64,000 nt of DNA from Eledone cirrhosa (lineage: Eukaryota): the NCBI GenBank assembly GCA_964016885.1, contig OZ024743.1, positions 314,464,001 to 314,528,000 on the forward strand, written 5' to 3'. The position numbers and the translations under genes are program-made. Every line of letters starts with the position of its first letter. The first letter of the stretch is position 1. Positions 52,901 through 64,000 of this stretch are shown here, piece after piece. The notes below the pieces were generated by a model, which saw nothing but the letters and a program-made list of their open reading frames with translations, did no database searches and was not told the origin of the DNA.

Positions 52901-55182
52901 ATGAGCCTTTCCCTCCTTGATCCTCTTCTTGGCTCTCTGAAGCTCCTCTCTGGTGAAGGGATCTGTCTCAAAATCCAGTTTCTCAAACAGCCGCCTCAAC
53001 TCCCCAGTGCTCTGGGCTGTCGAGGGTGGCTCTCCTAGTAGGGTCCTAAAATGGTCCAGCCATTTCTTCTTCCTATCCTCGGGGCCCGTTCCCTGGATCT
53101 GACTCGAACACCCTCTCTTCCTCCCTGTGATCTCGTTGATGATCATCCAGCTCTCCTTACATCCGCATCTGTCAACCGCTCTCTCCACACTTCTGATCTT
53201 CTCTATCAGTGCCTCTTCTCTGGCCTCAGTGTAAGCGGTACAGAGTTCTTCCCTCATCACCTCCACAGTCTCCATCCTGTTGTCTGTAAGATCAGCATAG
53301 AATTGGTCCTTGGCAACTTTCAGGTGTTCTCTGGCTGCACACACTTTTGCGTTTGCAGAGCTGTCGTGCTTCCTTTTGTTCTTTTTACTCGGCACCAGGA
53401 TTTCACTTGCTTCCGCCACTGCATTGGTGAAGTGCCCGTACCTTATCGTCACACTCTCCTCAGTCCATCCAATCTCCCTCTCCTCTCACTCTCCACACAG
53501 AGCACTAAACCTGTTTCTCACTTCCACTGTGAACCTCTCCTGTAGCTTATCATCTTCCTTGAAAGCTCCCCAGTCATAGATTGCTCTCCGGGGCCGAGCC
53601 TTGGTCTTTCTTAAGCTCACCCGGACCTCACTCATAACAAGCCGGTGGTCACTACCCAGTGTACTGAAATAGTTGTATAGTTCTGTGTTCAGAACACTAT
53701 TCCGCCACTTTTTCCTCACCAGAATGAAATCAGGCTCATGGAGAAGATGGAGTGGCATCAGAGGTGATGAAGAGGTGTGATTTTGATGATATCATCCTGC
53801 GGTCCTGTAACCGGGCACTGGAGAAAGGAGTTGCCCCGAATCAGTGGAGGATCAGTAACATCGTCCCAGTGCCAAAGAAGGTAGATCTCTCTAAGACCAA
53901 CAACTACAGGGGGATCTCACTGACGTTACTTGTGGCAAAGACCCTCAACAGGATGATTCTTAACAGGATCCAGCCTGAGATGGAGAAGAAGCTCAGGGAC
54001 AACCAGAACGGCTTCAGAGAGGGAAGATCAACCATCAGACACATCCTGATGCTGAGGAGGATATTAGAGGGATCTAGAGCAAAGTGCCTTCCTGCGGTCA
54101 TGGTTTTCATTGACTTTAGGAAGGCCTTTGATTCTGTGGACCGTCACTGCCTGATGAAGATCTTACAGGCTTATGGAATCCCCAAGAAGATAGTGGACCT
54201 GATATCACTGCTCTACACCAACACCAAAGCCCAAGTCATTACACCTGATGGGATGACAGAGTTCTTTGAGATACTGGCTGGAGTGCTCCAGGGAGATACA
54301 TTGGCTCCCTACCTTTTTATCATCGTAGTGGACTATTGTATGCGCCTTGCACTGGAGAAACAGAATGACTCTGGCTTTACTGTAGCACCGGCTCTGAGTA
54401 GGACAGTTAAGGCGAAAAAGGTATCGGATGCTGAATTTGCCGACGACATAGTTTTGGTGACAAATACAGTGAAGGAGGCAGAGGATTTGATGCGGGAGGT
54501 TGAGACTCTGACGATGAGTGTGGGGCTGAGAATGAATGAGACTAAAACAAAATATCTGGTAGAGAATGTTGAGACGCCAGAGGGGATCACTAATGTAGGC
54601 GGGAAGCCGCTAGAATTGGTTGAGGGATTCCTGTATTTGGGAACAAAGATTGGGAATATGGAAGATGATGTGGTTGAGAGGAAGAGCAAAGCGTGGGCGG
54701 CGTGTCACAGCTTGAGATCGGTGTGGAAGTCGAACCTTCGTAAAGACCTGAAAGTCCACCTCTTCATTGCTGTAGTGGAAGTCTGAGACTTTGACACTGA
54801 CCAAGAAACTCACTCAGATGGTGGATGGGTGCTACATGAGAATGCAGAGGATGGCTCTGAACATTAATCAGTATACACTGAGGATGAAAAACACAGAACT
54901 GTATGGGAGCATCCCAAAAGTCAGCTCAAAAGGGACACAGAGGAGACTGAGGTCAGCTGGACATGCTCACCGACATCCAGAGTTGACATTGCACTCAGTG
55001 CTCCTGTGGGAGCCCCTACATAGACACACTAGAAGAGGAAGACCAAGGTTAAAGTATGTTGATGCCCTAACGACAGACACTGGTCTGTTGGAGACGCAGG
55101 AGATGGCAGCGATAATGAGGGACAGAGACCGCTGGAGAGAACTCGTCCATGGATCTCGGGAATTTTACCCGCCTTAGATAGA
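52901..55182 (+). mobile_element. RTE-like LINE, 5'-truncated with a 5' inversion (52901-53731 minus; 53732-55182 plus)
   Basis: Minus part: DFILV..KW, LGSDHRL. Plus part: IVPVPKK, NYRGISL, QNGFREGRST, FIDFRKAFDS, GVLQGDTLAP, FADD, RRLR.AGH, RRGRP. Short (TAGA) tail. Confidence 0.9.
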
Positions 55183-55503
55183 TATATGCACGTTAGCAGT
55201 AACACTATGACAGCGTTTAAGCGTAATAGAGGTGTATATGAAAGCATGTACTGCATGTTTATATACTATGAATATATGTGAGCCCCGTTATATATATATA
55301 TATATATATATATATAGATAGATTAGAGCAAACATCACGGGCGCTCTATCTCAAAATTATTTTTGAAAATCATTAGAAATGCGCAACCGGTAAAACTTAA
55401 AACCAAAACTGAATACTAACCAATACTATTACTAATTTTTATTTATTCCTAATTAAACTATTTTTCACTGGGAACAATTTGTCAGCATTTTCTTTTCCGT
55501 TTA

Positions 55504-55559
<56 letters not shown>

Positions 55560-55560
<1 letters not shown>

Positions 55561-55767
55561 GAACGAGTATAACCCCGACGGCTGAGCTCGAGCCGTTTCG
55601 ACGGCTAATTCTGGACAGAATTAGCCGTCGAGTCCAGAATTAGCGGTCGAAACGGGTTGAGCTCAGCCATCGGGGTCCTACGCGTTCCTATTGCACACTC
55701 TACTACCCTAAATATTGAGTACTTTAGTGCGTTATGGTCCATCTGGTTCCTTACCACATTTCCTTCG

Positions 55768-55770
<3 letters not shown>
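55560..55770. repeat. Short interspersed unit with internal fold-back (55573-55675); homologs at about 38755-38895 and 1485-1517
   Basis: ccccgacggctgagctc.agccgtttcgacggctaattctggac ... gtccagaattagcggtcgaaacgggttgagctcagccatcgggg. Confidence 0.7.
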
Positions 55771-55843
<73 letters not shown>

Positions 55844-55861
55844 ATATATGTATATATATAT

Positions 55862-55902
<41 letters not shown>

Positions 55903-55944
55903 CATACATACATATATATATATATATGTATATATATATATGTA

Positions 55945-56206
55945 TGTTTTTCGTTTTTTCGTTCATTGCCAGAGAACGTCTCTATGCACCACCTAATAGA
56001 ACATTAGTCTACGACCTCTTTTATACCATAAACGTGGTTTTGTCTTTGCGCGTAATTGTTTTTCACCGCTCCTATTAATGACGTATTATTCGTTTTTTCC
56101 CGTTCTTTGCCAGCGTTTACAGATTGACTTTGTTAGTTTCAGAAGATCCCGTTAAGGGTGAAAGCAGCGATTCTTTGCTTAAACTTTAATCTGTTAATTT
56201 AATAAA
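55945..56206 (+). mobile_element. Solo, internally deleted copy of the Naiad 3' terminal repeat
   Basis: Matches about 52510-52837 with a deletion of about 65 bp; flanked by TA tracts. Confidence 0.9.
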
Positions 56207-56220
56207 TATATATATATATG

Positions 56221-56351
<131 letters not shown>

Positions 56352-56423
56352 GGATATGTGTTCCTTCACGCACAAGGCGCTAAGGGACGCATGTATTGTC
56401 CAACCAATTATTTGCTAAACCTT

Positions 56424-56483
<60 letters not shown>

Positions 56484-56548
56484 GTATATACATATATATA
56501 TACATATTACCATGTATATATACATACATATATATATATATGTATGTA

Positions 56549-56626
<78 letters not shown>

Positions 56627-57172
56627 CAGGGTAACATGTATCCCAGTACACCAAGGTTTCTTGGTGAGGAGGGTGACTTTGAACATTCTGCAGGACTAAA
56701 AACAAAACCTGCCAAATGGCAAAGGAGCTCTTAAGAGTCAATGGCCATCCGAAATCACCGGGAGAGATGACCCCTTAGCCTTTGTCAAGGCATAATTCTA
56801 GGAAAATTCTAGGAAAACTCTGATATAACACCTGCAACTCTGATGGTATCCAATGATGTCGACTTGTTCTTCTTTTTGGTAAATATCATCTTGGTTAAGA
56901 GAGTGGGAGGGGCTTTGTGCAGTGCCTTTGCTCACTATAAAAGCTTCACGGCACAGGCATTGCTTTATTTCTGGAGATCTATCTGCACTTGTCGTCACAT
57001 GGTACCATGGGCCCAGCACTATGTGTCAATAATTGTCACAGTGTAGTGTTTGTACCAGAGTTTTCAAGTCGCTGGCTGGACTAAAAAGTTACACTCGTTC
57101 AGCGCATCGGTAGGAGTTCCCCTACATGGATATAAAGTAGTGGCCGTACTCGAAAACGAGTTGGCAGCCACC

Positions 57173-57173
<1 letters not shown>
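56627..57173 (+). repeat. Interspersed repeat, probably an RTE-type LINE 5' region
   Basis: Inverted copy at 10168-10475; the segment tagcctttgtcaaggcat..tctagg..aaaactctga resembles 47590-47670 (minus). Confidence 0.5.
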
Positions 57174-57715
<542 letters not shown>

Positions 57716-57764
57716 GTGACGAAACATAAGTCAATTGCATGAACTCATAATCCTTTATTTATTG

Positions 57765-57815
57765 GTATATATATTTCGATGATAGCCATTGAATGGCTAT
57801 GACCTCATCAGTTAG
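57765..57815 (-). ncRNA. Hammerhead-like motif with canonical core and weak helix I
   Basis: Minus strand: CTGATGA-GGTc-ATAGCCAT-tca-ATGGCTAT-cATC-GAAA-TATA-TA. Confidence 0.55.
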
Positions 57816-57900
57816 TTAGTCAGTTCCTAGATATGCCAGCTCTGTGTGTATATTGTTGATGGTATCAGAGCCTTGGGACATACATATATATATATATATA

Positions 57901-58561
57901 TTTATTAAAATAACAGATTAAAGTTTAAGCAAAGAATCGCTGCTTTCACCCTTAACGGGATCTTCTGAAACTAACAAAGTCAATCTGTAAACGCAGAACT
58001 GGATATTTCAAAAAACGTTGCAACCGGAGGAAGACAGAAAGACGATACTTTGGTTCGTGGTAACGTTCGCTGGCAAAGAACGGGAAAAAACGAATAATAC
58101 GTAATTAATAGGAGCGGTCAAAATCAATTACGCGCAAAGACAAAACCACGTTTATGGTATAAAAGAGGTCGTAGACTAATGTTCTCTTAGGTGGTGCATA
58201 GAGACGTTCTCTAGCAATGAACGAAAAAACGAAGAAAATAAGCCATATGTGGAGCGTGGAGAACAATAGCACGCAAAGACAAAACCACGTAAATGGTATA
58301 GCAGAAATCGTAGACTAAAATTCTAACTAGGAGACCAAATGAATCTCCGCTACAGAGTTAAGAACAAAGTAAATAAATACAATACAGAAGTAATAGAAAC
58401 AAATAAATACATACACGCAAACAGATACGTACATACACAAGCATACGCAAAACCTTACCATGGGTATACAAAACCACGCACATATAAATATGTGTGTGTG
58501 TGTATGCTTGTGTACAAATAAATAAATAATTATATAAACGTATATAAGTAAATAAATACGT
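57901..58561 (-). mobile_element. Inverted copy of the Naiad 3' region/terminal repeat
   Basis: Reverse complement of about 52177-52837. Confidence 0.92.
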
Positions 58562-58893
58562 CACAATTGGAAAGAGGTTAGTCCGAGGGTTCTGAACCAT
58601 ATTTTGTGAATTATAGGAATAAATTAGAGTTGCAAAGTAATAAACCGGCACGACAGATAATTAGGGAATATAGGAATAAGGTTTCTATTGTTAACACCTG
58701 TTCCAACAGAGAAAATGTTGGTAAAATTACATATACACATATGTAATTAGATAAGGTATAGTGACGGTAGTTTTATTTACTGCAATTGGTAGTACACGTT
58801 AATGTTTGATTGCCGTAATATTATTGAGTTAAGAAAAGTAATTATTGTGGTAACGGTGACGGCTGCCCTGCTGATAATGTTCAATAATTTAGC

Positions 58894-58924
<31 letters not shown>

Positions 58925-59023
58925 CCTGTAGAAGCTCCTTCTATAAAATATAAAAATTTTACTCTGCCATGTATTGAGTACCTTACTTACTGTGGTTATC
59001 CCCGACTCAACCCGGGACCTACG

Positions 59024-59110
<87 letters not shown>

Positions 59111-59117
59111 CAAAATG

Positions 59118-59169
<52 letters not shown>

Positions 59170-59176
59170 CAAAATG

Positions 59177-59219
<43 letters not shown>

Positions 59220-59400
59220 TGAATATATATATATACTGCCAATACTGGAATCGAATAATCAAAACCGTAGCGGTATGTTGCATATCAAATCATATATTTT
59301 GGCTGATGAAAACGTTCTTAAACACCATAGTACCTTTGAAATATGTATAATAGAATATATATTGTGATTATGAGAATATTATTCATTTGCTAACATTTTG

Positions 59401-59442
<42 letters not shown>

Positions 59443-59531
59443 GTAGGTCCCGGGTTGAGTCGGGGATAACCACAGTAAGTAAGGTACATGGCAGAGTAAA
59501 ATTTTTATATTTTATAGAAGGAGCTTCTACA

Positions 59532-59586
<55 letters not shown>

Positions 59587-59918
59587 GCTAAATTATTGAA
59601 CATTATCAGCAGGGCAGCCATGACCGTTACCACAATAATTACTTTTCTTAACTCAATAATATTACGGCAATTAAACATTAACGTGTACTACCAATTGCAG
59701 TAAATAAAACTACCGTCACTATACCTTTTCTAATTACATATGTGTATATGTAATTTTACCAACATTTTCTCTGTTGGAACAGGTGTTAACAATAGAAACC
59801 TTATTCCTATATTCCCTAATTATCTGTCGTGCCGGTTTATTACTTTGCAACTCTAATTTATTCCTATAATTCACAAAATATGGTTCGGAACCCTCGGACT
59901 AACCTCTTTCCAATTGTG
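58562..59918. repeat. Palindrome of about 1.36 kb (inverted duplication; arms about 58562-59120 and 59391-59918)
   Basis: Arms are reverse-complementary apart from a handful of substitutions, one small indel and TA-tract length differences. Confidence 0.92.
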
Positions 59919-60118
59919 CCCGCGGTAAATATCAAACACTCCTTATTTCATAAAAGAAACTATATATCTGTATTTTTCTAGTTGCCCCCCCCCCCCCCCA
60001 CACACACACACAAAAAAAAATGCTTCCAATTTATGGTATATTTAATTCTAAACCATTTCCCCCTTTCTTTCTATGTTTAATCTCGCAATTTTCAATGAGC
60101 TAACATTATTATGCGAAA

Positions 60119-60312
60119 GGGCGATGGATTGGCAGTATCAGTAGAGGGTCGGACACCATGCTTTGTAGCAAAGAGTTACGGTCCTTTATGATCTGAGGTC
60201 AAATCCCTTCGAGGTTAACTTTGCCTTTTATCCTTACTGGGTCGATAAAATAAAATACCAGTAATACACTGGAATAATTGCTGGCCGTGTGCCAAAATTA
60301 GAAACAATTATT
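60119..60312 (+). mobile_element. SINE with TSD attatta(t/a)gcgaaag
   Basis: Consensus copy; further fragments at about 60615-60710 (-), 60770-60845 (+) and 63225-63370 (-). Confidence 0.88.
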
Positions 60313-61954
60313 AAGCGAAAGTGTGCAGTTTTAGAGAATTTTACGCGGCTACTCGGACTTCTCTTTACACTTCAGTAGCTGTGATGTTAGTATTATTTAT
60401 TTAAACCTATTTGATGCGACCCCAACATTGTTTGTTTATTTAATGGCAAAGCTTCCTTCATAAGGAAACTTACCGAAGGATATGTTATAGACACCAGATT
60501 AACAATGTGAAAGTTAATTGTGTTACTATATCTCCTACAAATTCCTCACTTTTTCAAAATGATTTGCAGATTTTAAGTAGTGTCTGTTATTAGAAATAGG
60601 TTGATACAAGTTTTAATAATTGTTTCTACTGTTGGCACAAGGCCAGCAATTATCTCAGTGCATTTACTGGTTCTTTATTTCATCGATCCCGTAAGGAAGA
60701 AAAGCAAAGTTATAAGTTTTAGTAAGGGCTAATTTTCAGCGTTTTACAATCAGTGGTCGTATGTTTCAACACCCCGTATTCTGAGTTCCCATTCCGATGG
60801 GGTTAATATGGCTTGTATTCCTTCTAGGCCGTCGATAAAGTAACTGTCTCGTATTGGAGTCAAAAGCTCCTTTCTTTCTCCCTCTCCTCTCTCTTGTTTA
60901 TTTTTCCTCTCTTTACTTTGATGAGGGTTTCGTTCCACTTAATTTAAAGTGCCCAAGTCACTTTATCAGGAGTTTAATGCCTTTATGGCTTCTTTATGTT
61001 AGTATTCCAGAATCTGAATTAACCCCTTATCTCAATTGAATATATATGTATGTATTATAATTGCACTCCTTCAGACAAAGTGGATAATATTTCTGTACAT
61101 TAAGATAATTAGAATATAATGGATATCTATTTAAAAAAATAACATTTGAATTTAACCCTAATTTCAATTCTTTTTATTCATTACTTCAATTATGTATGAG
61201 TTTGAAATATGAAAGCATTCCCTTCATGTTTGAAATATTACTCCAAACGCTAATATATATGTATTCATCTCTCATTGAGCCAAGCGTTACATGTTGAATC
61301 TCGATAACATTGAAATAATATTCTTTCTATTCTCACAAGTATATTTGATTAAGGTAGTGCAACTGTTTGTAGCCTTTAAAAATGAAACAAATAAAAATAT
61401 TCCCATATATGTCTATGCTTGTATATATTGACTTGCATTCAAGTAATTAGGTTCCACAGGGACACATACATTCTATAAATGTAAAGAACGTAACTTAGAG
61501 TAATAAATATTATATGAGACACATAAATCAATACAAATCCTTTTTTGCGTTTGAAATATGATGATGATGATGATGATCATATTAATAATAATAATAATGT
61601 AATGAAGTCAAAACCTGGAAAACCAAGTTTATTGACCGATTTACTGAAAACAGTATAAGTCACACTCAAAATAACATTTCACTAGAAAATATCACAGAAT
61701 TATGGAGTTATGCAGGCTATATGTAAGAGCTTTCTGGTGTAAATATGTTAACGTTTCTTGCTACATTAATATATCTGGGATTTCAGTCACAATTTTACAC
61801 AACCATGCATATTTATATAGAGGTGTGCACTCAGGTTGCTTTGCTACTGCTGTTGCATAATTCGTCTACGTGTCGACTCATTCATCTGTTTAGCTATTAT
61901 TTTAATTTTTCTACAGCGCCACATGTTCAAAGTTAATAAGAAAACATATACCTA

Positions 61955-62600
61955 AGACGGAGGGGCGGCCATCAGCGTCAGCATAGCTGGTGATGTTTCC
62001 TGCCCATTTATGGTATGTTGGGAAAAATGACTCAGACAACGCGTACCAGAGAACTCCATAGCCCTCATTATAATCCCGTTATGTAGACGACATTAATATA
62101 GTAATAAAAACACCCAACACAAGAGTCCCTATGAATCCCAATTAGGAGTTAGCAATTTACAGCATGCTCTCCATGGTGTTAACTCCATACAGCAGAGCAT
62201 CGAACTAAGTATAGAGTACCCTACAAAAGATGAAACATGACCAACGTGACCAAAGATAAAACTTAAACATATAAACACACACAGACACAGACACGAAAAC
62301 ATGAGCACACACCAAACGGAATACACACATACAAACGCATGCGTAGAAAGAGACAAAGAAAAAACGTTATAGAAACACAACTGGAGGAAACAGCGATAAT
62401 CACTGAAGTTATCAGAGCAATGTGTGATGAACGAACTTAGATAAATTATGTTTATATTTTTAACTGTTGGTCAATCAAAGACAAACATTGATTGCCAGCA
62501 AAATTATTTATATCAATATACTGAAGCGAAAACCAAACCAAACAGTGAGTGTGTTTTACTGTTCTAGACATGACCACTGTACATTGTAGCAGGATTTTAT
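61955..62600 (+). mobile_element. Degenerate, internally deleted PLE of the 3538-4985 family
   Basis: GAAISVSIAGDV...RYVDDINIVIKTP followed by the decayed terminal repeat (cactgaag...tgtgtgatgaacgaactt). Confidence 0.7.
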
Positions 62601-62992
62601 ATAGAAAACTAATTTGTCTATTGTTTCAGTATATCATATGAGACCACTAATTGTAAGATAATGTTCATTAGTTGCTTTATTGACACAGAAATTTAATGTT
62701 TATATTTCTCGCTTTACTAAAAGACAGAAACGAGGCACAATTCATAGTAGAATTCTGTTTGTTTAAATATTTTGTTTTAATTCTATATCAATATAAATTG
62801 CAAAATTACGTAGTGTGAAATTTTGGAAGGCATAAATCTTCTCAATCTTTTCATAATTATACTGCGAGGTTCAAGGTCCCCCAAAAAAAGAAATAAAATT
62901 GCATTTTTAAATTAGAAAAATATTCTAATTTATATGATTCCAGAATGCATAGGCAAAAAAAAAAAAAATGTATTTCACAATCTTTCCAGAAT

Positions 62993-63083
<91 letters not shown>

Positions 63084-64000
63084 CCATACACCTGATGAAA
63101 TTGTAGTGGAACAGAGCTGACATGCAACCTTTTTTGGGGCAATTTAAGTTGGTGAACCTCATCTGTTCTCTAGCTAGGAACACAACGGATTTGAGAGAGA
63201 AGAAATGAGAAAGAGATACATAAATATAATCAACCCCAGTACATTTTTACTGCCCTTGAAGAGTAGCAAGTCAAACTTGATGTCGGCATGATTTGAACTC
63301 CGAGCGGAAAGCTTTAATGAACATCTCTAAGCATCTTAGTCGACACTCTAACAGCACTACTATTCGCTGTTCTTTGGGAATTATACCGCAATAAAATGTA
63401 TTACGCTATCTTAGTTTGAGGTCTCAGAGAGAGCATTACAAAAATGAAATTTAGGTTAAAGGTTTCTCTTAAAGATTTATAGAATTTATTGGTAAAATTT
63501 CATGTTTTGAACGTTTTGAATGCATAGATATTTTGCAATCATTTCGGAAAAATGTGGATTAGTAATTTTAGCTTGAGATATCAGTGAGAGAAGAAAGTTT
63601 TGAAAATTACATATTGTGAATAAATATTTTGCAGTTACTTCAGAAACAATTTGTGTCGTGACTTCTGATTGAAATAGTGCAGAAAAAAAAGACATTTGAA
63701 AATTAGGAGAAGTATATATCGTCAATTTTATAAATCCTTGTTAACATTACACACCGTAAAATATTTGAATGCTTAAATATTCCTGCCCATTTACGTTCGA
63801 AAAAAAAATGTTTTGGTTTTGCCTGCTGTATATTTACAATGTAATATTAGATACGAAATTTTAATATCATTTTCAGTCTTCCAATATATTAAAGGTTATA
63901 CATAAGTTATATAAAATCAATAATATAACATGCTGTGCGTACGTACATTAGTATATTGTATTTTCAATATATCGCCATTTTGAATCTCACTGTAGTATTC

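Noticed and set aside
58562-58575. CAC...GTG ends of the large palindrome as Transib/CMC TIRs
   Set aside because: No TSD, no transposase, and the arms are composites of other repeats.

Overview
AT-rich eukaryotic DNA dense in (TA)n/(CA)n/(GA)n microsatellites, very likely a cephalopod (Octopus-like) intron or intergenic region. This assignment is inferred from the SINE family and repeat landscape. No intact host gene is evident; only a weak candidate minus-strand exon lies at 1-470. Most ORF-track entries are microsatellite artefacts. The window holds retro- and DNA-transposon relics: several Penelope-like elements (PLEs), including a near full-length Naiad-type copy at 49.5-52.8 kb and a Neptune-like copy with inverted terminal repeats at 8.2-12.4 kb; a full-length decayed Tx1-clade LINE; an R4/Dong-type fragment; a 5'-inverted RTE-like LINE; a complete Chapaev3-type DNA transposon with TIRs and a TTA target-site duplication; and about 20 copies of one tRNA-derived SINE, partly in tandem stacks. 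The most notable signal is 15 or more type I hammerhead-ribozyme motifs in PLE terminal repeats or short PLE-derived (retrozyme-like) units embedded in TA tracts. They include canonical minimal hammerheads, U3-A8 covariant cores, non-canonical cores repeated across copies (CAGAAGA x4, CCGUCGA x2) and forms with a 60-85 nt helix II. Many fold-back inverted repeats accompany them. All ribozyme calls were folded by eye and none has been tested.
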